Source of the DNA: Oikopleura dioica
Taxonomy: Eukaryota > Animalia > Chordata
Assembly: GCA_907165135.1 (NCBI GenBank)
Contig: OU015566.1
Coordinates: 10,602,001 to 10,666,000, forward strand
DNA: 64,000 nt
Reading direction: 5' to 3'
The notes below the pieces were generated by a model, which did not search any database, was not told where the DNA came from, and saw only the letters and a program-made list of their open reading frames with translations. A program made the translations under genes and the position numbers. Shown here in pieces: positions 1 to 12,150 of this stretch. Within the stretch, counting starts at the first letter, position 1, and every line of letters starts with the position of its first letter.

Positions 1-1517
1 TTCTTGGAAAATGGTGTAATTTCCTAAACTGGCTCGTGCTGGGTCTAAAATTTGGAAAGCCATTTATTTGATATTATTTGCCCAAAAGCATGGTTCTGTG
101 GAAATAAAAGGGGTTTTTTAAGGGCAGCCGCAAACCCTTATTCCTCCTTTAAAATCTGTTTCGGCCAAAACAAACCCATGGTACAGATGAATACTCTGAG
201 CAACATTAATTTTCCCCCCTTCTTTGTTACATTCCGGGGAAGGGTTTTGCGGTACAAAAACAAGCGGCGGTCTGTTTTGCCCGTCAATACTCACTTTCCA
301 AACTTGGCTGAAAACTGTGTTTTGGCCGTAAACGAGCGGAGCCAGAATTCGTCGCGATAAGCTCCTACACGTTGCGTGCTCAACCAAAAATACGACAGCC
401 CTAAACACCTATATTATTACTATTGATTCACACGTTTCCAGCATTTCTGCTGTTTTGGGCAAACGATTTTCCGAACGAGAACCGAGTAATAGAGCTAATC
501 TAGTTTCATCGAGAGTTTCAACCGATAACAGCTACTTCAGATGTCGTTCTTTAGAATTTAAGACACTGTAAAATGATTGAATTGAAATCAACGAGGCACT
601 CCTTATATGGGTTCTCGATAAGAAAGACAGACGACGCAAGAACGTCAGTATACCGATACCGCTAAATAGGGGTCGATGTGGTGCATCATAAAAAAGCTGT
701 TTCGCTCATCTTTGATTGTGGCTTAATCCATTCTAGGGCTGCTTATCTCCGGCACTGGGGAGCGCTTTATCGCGCTATTGTGGCGTTGATAAGGCTCCAT
801 CCAACGTGTGCAAAACTGCCTCGCTTCAAAAGCGAAATCAGAAAGTCACAACACACTCTAGCCATAATCAGCGAACGGTGAAGGACAACTCTAACTAGTC
901 CTTATCAGTTCTGAAGTATCGTTATCTTACTCCCTGGGAGGGAGCATAACAGAACGCGTTAGCTGAATATTGTTAACTACCCAATTAATTATCCTGATTC
1001 AGAATAAATGAATCAAGAAAAAAATGCATAGATGAAATAGGTACTCGTATCTCAGCCTGTCTGGAAAAGAAGAAAAGAAGAAGTTAGAACTTTCCACGTT
1101 ATAATATCTTGATAGCAGTAGATTCATTGAGATACAAAGGAAGAAATGCTATTGATGATACTAGGCATCTTCAGCCTGCCAGCAACTAATTGTCCGCGTC
1201 ACTTTTGTTTTTCATTCACAATCGTTTGCTTTGTTGATATCAAGGAAGACTCACATACTGGCAAATTAAGGTATTCTTCGAAGTTCTTCGATGATGCTTT
1301 CGAGTTCCAAAGATTTTTATGAACAAGATAAAAAGGATTGAAATTTCGAAATAAATTCGATACTTCGGTAATCGAGACGCGTAAATCCATTTTGAAAAGT
1401 AAAACTATAATTATCCTCGTCACCGTAATCGATCAGGCCCTTGGGCGCTTTCTATTGCTGACCAATTCACGCGTTATTCATAAGTAGCATGCCATACGGT
1501 GAGAGACGCAAGAGAAA

Positions 1518-2729
1518 ATGATTTTTCTGCTGTTGATTTTTCTGAATACTGGCGAACCATGCGTTCAAAGACCAGCTCTAGGGATATTGATGAATCCGTG
1601 TCTAAACCTCGATGGAAAATGTAGAGTTTGCGAAGAAACAAATTTCAAATTACCTGCTTACCTTCAAGAATATGAAAGACCGCCAAGAGCAACTCCTAAG
1701 CAGAGAAATCCAGAAGATCGTCAGCGATTCAAAGTCCAATTTTCAAATTTTACGTTCATTAATAAGAATGGGGTCTGCGAAAAGAAATGCATCAAGAAAC
1801 TTCGCCAGTCTAGCGCACTCTATATTCCTGATGATGGCTTTTCCTCGATGAAAGTCAAATTGGATCGTAAATTTGCAGATAAAATTAATCTTACTTCTGT
1901 GCGACGAGATTTCGAAAGGATACACACCTGGCAGCGAAAAATCATCATGGCTTACTTCCTTTACCAAGTCTTTGAAATTCCAGCAGAGAAGAAAATTCAG
2001 TTGACATGCGAAGAAAGCATCTGTGACCTGATAAAAATTATAGAGGAGACAAATTATCCAATGGGAAAAGAAACCTTCGTGCAGATCGCAACCTGTCTCC
2101 AGAAAATACTCTTTCGCTTGCAAAACACAAACCGGGAGTCTATGCCAGTATCAGTCAAAAGAAGATCAAAATTTACAAAGTGGAAGTTTGAAGACAACAA
2201 GGATTCGAATGAAATCATACCCACCAAAGTCAACGCTCTCATGGCGGATTTTTTTCAAAAGACCTTCGACTATCCAGTCTGCATAATTCACTCTTGTTTT
2301 TTCAATAACACATTGGCTAGTAAAGAGGGAGATGTTATTCATACTAGTTGGGTAAATGACTTTAATAACATAACGTATTCTTTTGAAAATTTACCGCTGT
2401 CTACTGCTTCTTTCGAAGTTGCTTTCTACGAAAATGAGTTCGTGTATTTCAATGAACACGTGATCAAAAAGCATGGCGAAGTTATCATCTTGGGAGAGAC
2501 TTTTGAAGAAGCCAGTGAATCTCTGCCCGACAAAGATGATAGCTCAGAAACGGAAGTTAACAACGATTGCTCTCTAGATCAAGATGACATCTTTGATGGA
2601 ACATCGGACAAAATTTATTACGATGACGAATCGACAGAAAGTAACTTCAATTATGATGCAAGTTCTCATTATTATACTATTAATGAAGATTCCTCAAGTC
2701 TTTGGGATCAATTCTGGTATTTTTATTAA
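1518..2729 (+). CDS. Uncharacterised 403-aa protein, hydrophobic N-terminus, acidic C-terminus
   Basis: Uninterrupted ORF starting MIFLLLIFL, Cys-rich N-terminal part, D/E/S-rich tail; converges on the neighbouring minus-strand gene. No family recognised. Confidence 0.6.
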   Translation: MIFLLLIFLNTGEPCVQRPALGILMNPCLNLDGKCRVCEETNFKLPAYLQEYERPPRATPKQRNPEDRQRFKVQFSNFTFINKNGVCEKKCIKKLRQSSALYIPDDGFSSMKVKLDRKFADKINLTSVRRDFERIHTWQRKIIMAYFLYQVFEIPAEKKIQLTCEESICDLIKIIEETNYPMGKETFVQIATCLQKILFRLQNTNRESMPVSVKRRSKFTKWKFEDNKDSNEIIPTKVNALMADFFQKTFDYPVCIIHSCFFNNTLASKEGDVIHTSWVNDFNNITYSFENLPLSTASFEVAFYENEFVYFNEHVIKKHGEVIILGETFEEASESLPDKDDSSETEVNNDCSLDQDDIFDGTSDKIYYDDESTESNFNYDASSHYYTINEDSSSLWDQFWYFY

Positions 2730-2851
2730 ATAGTTTTTGATAATTGATTTTGTGTGATCTTTTATTTGTAGGTAAAAATAGAGTTTTGTGAGGGTAGAAA
2801 AATATAAAAATCTAAAATGCAAAAGGTGTAGTAAAAAATATAAATGGCTAG

Positions 2852-5800
2852 TTAGTCGTCTTCGTAATTCATACTTGCTAGTTCGTCCTCTATCTCTTTC
2901 ATTATCGTAGATGAGTTCTTGACGGTACTGGCGCTAAGAGTGATCGTGGAATCTTAATTGTGAAATCCTTCCTACCGTTGTCTTGAAGGCTTTTTCTCGA
3001 TGCCTGTGATAGATAAAGAGATGGAGTTCTGTAGCAGGCTCGAAGATGAATTCATTGAGGCAGAAGCTGGACGTCTACGAGACCCAGGCTCGAACTTGGA
3101 TGCACGCTTTGTTATGTTCAATATTTTTCTGCTAAGTTAAAGTGGCTTGCATTATGAGAACATTTCCTGAGATGCAGTAACAGCTGATTGTGGCCTCACG
3201 GAGACTCTTGGGTTCTTTTTTATAACCGTCTTTCTTTTCGAATTTTGATCTTCTTTCACCTCTTCTTCATTCTCAGTAGGGACCGAAGCGGAATAAGGAG
3301 ACCATTGTTTCGGTATCTGATTCGGTGTGGTTCTTCTTTCAAAAACAGTTTTCCTATAAACGTTAAAGTGAGTCTAAACAAAGTACGCACCTTAGCGCGG
3401 AATAGTCGATAGTAGTAAACTGAGACGATTGTCTCTGCCGTTGATTCCATGCTGTTGAATTTCTATTTTGACGATATGAACTTTCATTTACTAATGGAGC
3501 ATTTTCTTCTAACTGCTCGACTTGAGAGTAGAGTCGTTTAACATTTTCATATGCTTCAAGTTTCAGCTCCCTTTCTACTTCTAGCATACGGCTTGTTTGT
3601 TTCAACGCCTATAACGATATAGACTTTGTCTAGATAAAAAAGGTCTTACCGTTGTTTTTTCGTCTTGAAGTTGGCTTGTCGCGAATTTCAGCTCTCTTAT
3701 TTCTTTCTCCAATCTCTCAATTCTTTCATCTTTTTCTATGATCTGCTTCTCATACTCAGCTATAAGCTCATTTTTGACACTGTCGACTCGATCTCTCCTC
3801 TTCGAACTGATGCTGCTTCGGCTGATTGTCGTCGTTGTTGATGGCCTTATAAGATCTTCGACTGATGATTTCTGGGGAATTTCTTCCCTGAGCTTTGTGA
3901 TGACTCGATTCTGCGCTAAAACCTGCCCTTGCAGACTTGAAATCACATCCAAGCTATCCCCTCGCAGTTTTTGAAAAGAAGTCCTGAGTGTTTCGATCTT
4001 TGCTGCGGATGATTTCTCAATTTCGTCAGCTTTTGCTTCTGAAGCTGCTGCTTGTTTTCTAAGTCGCACTTGCTTCAAGACGTTCCATGCAGCGTATGAC
4101 TTTGGAGCAGGGGCAATCGGTCTCGTTTCGTTGTTGGCGATTTGACTGAATGTGTTTTCTTTTACGCCTTGAACAAGAGACATCAGTTGATTATGGATCG
4201 AGTTTTGGTAAAAATTCAATCTCGCGGCCATTTGCAGCATAGCTTGATACTGAGCAGTAACAAGCGGTCGAAAGTGCTCTTTCGCTTTCGCTCGTTCATC
4301 TTCTCGGACGTCGTTCAATTCTGATTTGAGCGAGGCATTTTCTTGCTGGAGTCTGTGAATCGTATTGGCTTGGTCTTGGTGTAGCTTGAGCATTTTAAAC
4401 TTTGGATTGTCATCGGGAAAGTAAGAGATTTCATCAACATCTGAGCCGCGAATGTCTTTTATTCCTTGTTGAAAATCATTGTCAAACTGCTTCTCAACGC
4501 GTCCCCATTCTCTTTCAATCTGCCGGAGGATTGTTTCTTTGGAAGCTTTTGATAAGCCATGTTCCTGAAGAAGATCATCAAGCCAAAACCAGAACACAGG
4601 TTTTATCTTTGCTCCCTCTTGCGCAGATTTCTTCTCTTGCTTAAGAAATGCTCGTTGTTGTTGTATTGCTTCTTGGTATTCCAATTCCATGAGTTTCGAA
4701 ATCTCGCAGACCATGATCTCCAGTCTCGATACTCGATGCAAGAGCTTGTAAATCTGTCCTATGTCATCTATAACAACAGGTGCCTTGGGTGCCCTTATGG
4801 TCACGTTTTGCGTTTCGCCGAGTTTTCGCACGAGTGGCATCAGAATCTCATTTCGGAAAACGCGTTCAAACTCTTGAAGAACTTGAGGATTTTGATAAAT
4901 GCTGCCGACTTTGAGCTTCCTTGCGCCCCAACGAGCTTTGAGGGGGATCAAACGCATGTATGTCGTCAGAAATGATACTGTGAATTCAAGAGCCTGGAAA
5001 AATGAAGAACTCATATTGTCAATAAGTTAAATTACCTCATCAGGTTGAAAAATCGCCAGTTTGTCCTTCGCCCGGAGTCGGTCCGTGATTGATCCATCGT
5101 GCGTCTCAAATGCGCTCAGCGCTTGGGCCAGGGAAGGTTTGGACTTGGTGATGCTGACCGGTACTTTCCCTATTAGTTTGAAAAATTTAGCAACGCCTCT
5201 TTCTAGTCATGGTGTTTTCATGCAAAGTAAATGATAGTGAATGGTAAATGAGAGAAGATTCCTATCTGCGGATGGAAAAATGACGATCTCGTCGATTTTC
5301 AAAGAATTTAAAAATTGAATTCAGCATGCGGCAGAAGGTAAAAATTAGATAAATGAAAAAGTAAATGAGAACGATAATGAAATCCATTTGCCTGCATTTT
5401 GTCGTCGGATGCCAATAGTACTCTCGCAGTCGATTATTGCATCTTCAACGAGAACTGAGACAGATAAAGTCTCTGCATGAGCATTGTGGACATCAGTTCT
5501 TTCCAAGGGCGCAATTATTTGTCCGAGACATGTTTCAAAATACTTCCAGGGCTGGACGAAGTTATTTTCCGTTGGATATCGAACCATTTTAAATGCTTTC
5601 TCAAACGAATTCATCAAGTCCAGTCCGCGTCTCATCAATCCTCTCTTCACGAAGCGCTCCCTCAGAAATTCAATCGAAAGTTCATTTTCCAAGAGGAATT
5701 GCTGCCGAGATAGTACCAATACTTTTTTAGACTGCTGTGGGTCTTCGATTCTGTCAAGATGTCGTCTGAGCTCTAGGAGGTTTTGATGAATGCCTTCCGC

Positions 5801-8800
5801 TCCGCCCCATGCTCCTTTTTCGCCAACTCCGAATTGGCCTAATCGAGATTGGCCTATCCAAAGTCCGACTATGTCTGCCAAACTGCTGATTTTTGTTGAC
5901 CATATCTCCAGTCCAACAAGAAGCTCGTCTGGTTTCAGTTTTCGTCCAGCATTTAAGATGGTACTGTAGTGAGAAAGTTTCCAAAGATCATTTGGTCCGT
6001 TGACCGTCATAACATCGACCTGCTCAGGATCATCCTTTAGACTTGTCCCCATCGTAAAATGACTAGAGTGGTAGTCTCCTTCCCATTGGTTTCGAATTAA
6101 CCAGAGCAATCGATTCGTTTCTTTGATAATTGTCACCCGGTACCCGATTTCGTCGATGACATCGTCAAGAACTTTGAGAAGAACTTTCAACGCTTCCTTT
6201 TTGGAGATCGATATTGAAATCATAGAGGAAAGCTCAAAGTTATTGAAATTTATACAACAAAACCTCTAATATAGGCGGCCTATATCAATAAATTTTAGAT
6301 TTGTGAGTCGAGCCCCATTCCTGTCTAACTTTTTCTTGCGATCCTGAAGCATTTGAAAATGCCTCATTGTACTTTGATCGAACCCATTGTCTCTCCCACT
6401 GGATCGAAAGAAAGGAATCTGCAAACGCATGTTTAGCTTTTCCCATTCCATCTCCAAGTGCGGTCGTGGCCGTGGTGACGGTCCCGCTGTCCATCATCGA
6501 GACAGTACCTTCCGGGCCTGGCAGTTTTTCGCCGTTTTCTCGTGTGTCGCTGAAGATTGTTGGCCCTTCCCATGTAGCCATGATTTCGCAGGCTTGGCAG
6601 CAAAGCTGTAAAAGCTGATTGTGCCGGTGTTGGATTTTCACTGTGACTTCTAATTTGTTCAGTAGCTTGTCTTCCTGAGCGATATGAAGAAGTTGCTGAA
6701 GACTTGAGAAAGTGAGTCCTTTTGTCAATGTATCGTCAAAATCCTGAGCTGCGAGGGAAAACGAGCCTGGTCTGAATCGGTCCATCGCACGCTCATCTGG
6801 CGGAACAGATCGAACCCCTCGCAAAACCTCCGGTCTATCTTGACCAGATCCTAAAGATGGCTGCGCGAGACGAAGAAACAGATGCGATTTGGAGAATCCA
6901 AGAGTTTCGGCGATTCCTATGTAGTTATTATTCAGGTAAAAGGTTTCATTCGCCAGGTTTCTGAGGTGCAGAAGACTAAAAGTTGCCTTGTGAAGATTGA
7001 TCAAATCGGGAGTTTTTAGGTTTTCGTTTTCTGATGCAGCTTTGACGAGTGCTTCTGGAGAGAATTTGAAGGAAAGAAGATCTTTTTGGATCGACATAGC
7101 GTAGTTCATCTGGTCCTCGCGCTTCGGTACGACATTGTAACATGCTATCGCTGCATCGTAAATGTTCACAAGCGTCTGGCTCGATTGCATCACAGTCGAC
7201 TCACCAGAGCTCGTGTTGAATTCGATCTCGGCGGCATTCTCAATGTCGTGAAGTATTTCGAATATCTTTGGAATCATCGGGTTGATTTCGAATAGTTGAA
7301 GACGATCAAGTGACGAAGTGTCGAAAGAAGGGATGAGCGCCATTTTTGGACCCAAGTCGTTTTCTGAGTTAAAAAGTTGATTGATATTCCTCAGCTCTTG
7401 AACTGTAGCTGTTCTCTGTTTCCGCAAAAGTGTGAGTTTCCGGTGTAGAACGCGCAAATGTTGAAGCATGTGAATTTTGGAATGTGGATGGCCGAGGTCG
7501 TGAAAGAAGTCCGCAGTGAGTAAATGATTGATATGCTGGGATAGGTTCTCCAAATCTTTTAGGCTCGTCGCGTTGAAAACTGCGTCAAGGAGAATTTCGC
7601 AAATTTCGCCTTTTGCGGCTAGAATTTCGCCTGTTCCAGCCCAAATGTCGTGAAGAAGTGCATCGTAGTCAACGTTTACCGAGTTTTTCAGAGTGTAGTT
7701 AGATGATAATGCAATTATATGGTGCTTTTCATGGTTACAATTTTTGTGAGATAATATCAGTTTTTTATGTGTTGTTGCAACCGCCCTCAAGCTCATCCAG
7801 TTTATCCAACGCAGCTTGATATACAACCGGATGTCCGTTGTAATCCTTGACGGACATAACTGTACTTCCGTAGATTTCTTCCCTATCGTAAAAATCCATG
7901 AAGCATTTCACTTGGTCCAATTTGTCGACTTCTATACTTTGCAGTGCCTCGATTAATTTCTTACAGGTTCGCTGGGTTGAAATTATGTAATTGAAGTGAC
8001 ACAAAGAAAGATATCTGAATCGACGAAGCTCGAGGAATCGTAAATGTAAGAAGCTCAAATATGCGCCTGAACCAATACTCGCATCTTTCTGTGACGATTT
8101 AATCTTCATTTCCGCATCTGTTCCATCGGAGAGTCCAAGCATTTGGTAGCTCCTAATGAAGTCGTAAGCACCATCGCCCGTGTAGTTCGGATTGTCTTGC
8201 ACGGTCTTTTCTGGCTCTAGACAGGCGTTGAGTGTTTTTAACCACTTTTTATTGAGATCTTCTTTTTTCCGCCTCTCGGATACGTCTTTTGGTATGCTTT
8301 GTTTTCTTGGAGTGCACTAAAGGAATGTCTGAGGCCTTGGAATCAAGATGAGTACTTACGGGGCCATCGCCATTCAAAGACACTTGAGACTGTTTAGCTG
8401 CGAAAGTTATATCTTCTATGCACTTCTTATACCAACTGGTCACTTTTGCTGGATCTCGAATTTTCGCAAACTCTGACAAGGCTTCAATATTCCTGTTGAT
8501 CACATCTTTCTCAATCAGCAAAGCAAAACTTCTAACTGTCGCCATTTGTGAGGGAAGAACATCGTTGAGTGAAGTCGGCCAGTCAGTTTGCTTGAGAACT
8601 GGCTTGTTATAACTCGGATCGGCAATATTTAGAAAGACAAATTGTTCGTTTTGTTCTTGATGGATTTTTCGGAACTTTTGATGAGTTGAGGTGAAGAGCT
8701 CTAGTTCGTCTGCAGCTGTGCGCAATTGCTCGGGCATTTCGATGTCATAACGTCTACAGAGAAATTTAATAAGACTTTACTAGCGATGAAAAACCTCAGT

Positions 8801-9459
8801 AGCGTCCGTAAAAACGGTAAGAAATCATCTTTCGCCATTGAAATTCTCCTAGGTGAGCTCTCTGCCAGCGACTGAGTATCTCGATAAAACATCGAAACGG
8901 TATCTTCTTCGTCAAAGAACCTAAGAATCTTCTCCTGGCAGAATCTCAGCGGATCCAGTGCTTCTGGTGGTGATGATTTTGCGTTTCGTCCCACGATTCT
9001 GTCTGATAGCCGCGAGCTTTTGTTCCGGTCCCTTGAACGTTTTGGCTTTTCGACAATCATTTTTTGAAGTGGAAGGTTTTTGAGCTTGAGACGAACTTCG
9101 CTGAGCTTAGTGTTGAGTTGCGCCTGTAAGCATTCATGTTTGGTCCAAAGATGGACATCGTTGCTCCTGAGCGTGCCCTTCCACTGCTCGCCGACGAGTG
9201 TCGCGTCGAGAAAGCTTTGCAAGTGCTCTTTAACATGTTTGGCGTGTCCAAGCTCCTGTCGTGTATCAGCCAGAGTGCTTCTGTATTTATGACTGAATAC
9301 ACACATGTCATCATTTGGTGATAGCTGCAGAACAAGTTGTTTACCTGACCTTGTCGAAATCCTCCGCAGTTCGGTGACGCTTGGACACAGCAAAACGCCG
9401 CCATCTTGTGGATAGTTGAAAGGACCTGTTCGAAAGCTCGGAGACAGTAGCTTCCGCAC
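2852..9459 (-). CDS. CCDC162: Large multi-exon coiled-coil protein, CCDC162-like (5' end uncertain)
   Basis: Successive minus-strand ORFs (8701-9459, 8249-8737, 7765-8202, 6285-7826, 5345-6223, 3602-5014, 3363-3605) are separated by ~40-nt AT-rich intron-like gaps; final exon reads ...EDELASMNYEDD* (stop 2852-2854). Segments AYLSFLHLRFLELRRFRYLSLCHFNYIISTQRT, YQAALDKLDELE and VDYDALLHDIWAGTGEILAAKGEICEILLDAV resemble CCDC162 blocks as I recall them; not verified by search. Confidence 0.6.
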
Positions 9460-9581
9460 ATTGTGCTCCCACAGAGTTCAGGCTTTACTGAGAGAATAGT
9501 TAAACTTTTTCTATTCTAGAACAGTTATTTTTCCAGGAATCTTTTGAACCCGGGCCTATTTCTGCAGCAGCTTCTTCAATC

Positions 9582-11029
9582 GGGGTGTCCCTTCCTGGTA
9601 AAAATCCCTTCCTGGTAAAATTCCCTTCCTGGTAAAACTTTTTTTCTTTACCAGGAAGGGATTTTTACCAGGAAGGGAATTTTACCAGGAAGGGATTTTT
9701 ACCAGGAAGGGAAAATCGAAATGTCTAATAAGTCAAAACATAAAATGAGATTATTGACTTCTGAATTTACTCGACCCCCCTCTGAGCATATTTTTATTGA
9801 TTTTTAGAATTTTTTATTATATAAAATAATTTAGTCTGCCAACGCCAAGCGTGCCAGAAGGCCCAACCTTACGTTTTGAACGCACTCGATACAGGTTTTC
9901 ATTACAGTTTTTTATGGAATTTCTGGACATCAAATTTCTGGACATTTTTCGAATTTTAAGGGGTTTAATTGGGACACTTTTAAAAACCAAAAGTATCAAA
10001 TTTCTGGACATTTTTTCTCAAAAAAGATTTTCGACTCCGAAATTTATAGTCAAATTTGAGTTATGAAAGGTTATTCTATTTACGAAGAAGACTTTTTCTT
10101 GTAGAATCTTAGTATTTTAAGCAAAATTCGCTGCTTCATCGCACTTTATTATTGTTTTTAATCAATTTTTTGAAAAAAAAACGTTTAATTTTCCTCCGTG
10201 AAAAATTTTAAGCAATTGTGGTGGGACATTTTTTTCAAGGTTATGTATCAAATTTCTGGACATTTTTGTGAAAAGTGTGCGACAAAAAATGTCCAGAAAT
10301 TCCATAATTAACTGTATTTTGTTTTTTTTTTTCATTAATGAGTTTGTCAAATCATTACGAATCATTCATTCAGGAATGCTCTTTGGGTTGAGTTCAAAGT
10401 CGCATTTGGGCTCGAATTGAATCCGACGGATTCGCACTTGGATTAGAATCAGGGCTCGGGAAAGGGCTCTTGTTTGGCTTTTGATTTGCGTCCGGACTCG
10501 AGTTTGGGTCAGGATTCAGTTTGGAGCGGAAACTTACCTCGATATTTCGACGTACGGAGGGGTTTTTCATAAAGTTCTCTAGATAGATCCATGTTGGGTT
10601 GCATCTGCTCCGCCCTAAACTGAATCGTCACCCAAACTCGAGTCCAGGCGCAGATCAAGAGCCCTTTTCTGAACCCTGATTCTAAACCAAGTGCGAATCC
10701 GTCGGATTCAATTCGAGCCCAAATGCGACTTTGAACTCAACCCAAAGAGCATTCCTGAATGAATGATTCGTAATGATTTGACAAACTCATTAATGAAAAA
10801 ACAAAACAAAAAAATTCTAAAAATCAATAAAAATATGCTCAGAGGGGGGTCGAGTAAATAATTTCAGAAGTCAATAATCTCATTTTATGTTTTGACTTAT
10901 TTGACATTTCGATTTTCCCTTCCTGGTAAAATTCCCTTCCTGGTAAAACTTTTTTTCTTTACCAGGAAGGGATTTTTACCAGGAAGGGAATTTTACCAGG
11001 AAGGGATTTTTACCAGGAAGGGACACCCC
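9582..11029. mobile_element. Non-autonomous foldback/MULE-like DNA transposon (1448 bp)
   Basis: Ends GGGGTGTCCCTTCCTGGTAAAA...TTTTACCAGGAAGGGACACCCC with CCCTTCCTGGTAAAA subrepeats; 9-bp TSD TCTTCAATC at 9573-9581 and 11030-11038. The arms are inverted copies over several hundred bp apart from an insertion in the left arm. Confidence 0.9.
9905..10314 (+). mobile_element. Tc1/mariner-type MITE (410 bp), copy 1, nested in the foldback element
   Basis: CAGT...ACTG ends, ~26-bp imperfect TIR CAGTTWWTTATGGAATTTCTGGACAT, TA on both sides (9903-9904, 10315-10316). A near-identical inverted copy lies at 57732-58141. Confidence 0.92.
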
Positions 11030-12150
11030 TCTTCAATCGTCTTCGAACTGAGTTTTCTGTCAAAGCTATCTCTCGCTAGTTTGTTGATTCTTTGCAGCGT
11101 GCAGGGATATTGATATGGCGGCTGTAAAACGATTATGATTTTTGTATTTGATTTGTGCCAATTTGATTGTTAAAAAATGGTGCGATAAAAAATTTTAATC
11201 ACGGTGCCTTTTGAACAATAAGATTTGCAAGTTGTGCCTCGCGACGTGCGCGTAAAAGATTGTGCCGGTGGGATCCTTGTGCTGACAGAGGTTTTTCCAG
11301 ATCCGACTGAATATAGAAACAAGTGATCAACCTCTCCTTGTGCGGTGTTCTGTGATGAGTCTTCTATGTTTCCCGATTCGTTTACCTCGGCAGCGAATTC
11401 TTCTTCTAACTCTCTGACTTTCGCCGTGCGGGCTTTCTCTATCAGAACCGCTTGAAAACGGTCCATTTTTGCCATTTTCTCTCAGACCGGGCCAAGGAAG
11501 GAAATAACTTCGTCGCGATTTAGACGGGGCTCTAGAGAAACACAGGAATATTAGATCTTCTGACAATCGGAAGAACGCTTGGAACGCAAATAGTAAAACG
11601 TATTTGACTTTTAGATTTATATGCAAACCGTAGAGATTAGTGCTGAGCCAGCTTGTGAGTACAGACAAAGTACTTCTAAGTCAATAATTGCAACTTATCG
11701 AAAAAAGTGAAAACAAGCTTACTCAGCAGTGATTTTTAGAGAAAAATTCTCTGAGAGTATCTTGTTAAACTGACCCGCGAAAGTTTGCCTGTGGCATCAG
11801 AGTCCATTCTCTTTAAAGATTTGGGCACACTTCTCTTCCATTGTGAATCGGCTGTGGGCTCTAAATCGTGATTTTGGAAAGTTGAAAAACGAGAGCTTAG
11901 GGCACAAAGACTCCCAAACACAACACCCTCTCAATGGACTACGATTGTAACCACTGTTTGATCACTCATTAAAGCCACTCTAGCGCTTTTAAATTCCCTT
12001 CCTGGTGACTGGAAATTTCATGCTTGTTTAATTTGGCTCATCATTAACGACGATTTTATTATGTTTTTTATTGATAAACTTGTAGGACAATTATCAAGAG
12101 ATGTTCAGGGGCAAAAAGCAAAATTTTAAAACAATGAGGACAAAGGGTAT

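Larger units (their letters stand above)
9500..11475 (-). pseudogene. Spliced host gene whose coding exon is interrupted by the foldback element
   Basis: ORF 11170-11475 (...CSKGT, donor GTGATT) splices in phase 0 to an exon after ttttacag. Removing 9582-11029 plus one TSD copy restores PPYQYPCTLQRINKLARDSFDRKLSSKTIEEAAAEIGPGSKDSWKNN; the other two frames contain stops. Confidence 0.6.

Noticed and set aside
1-1450. Short ORFs and weak repeated TTTTG(G)CC motifs at the window start
   Set aside because: No TIR/TSD pair or coherent gene model can be supported; may be a truncated element extending outside the window.
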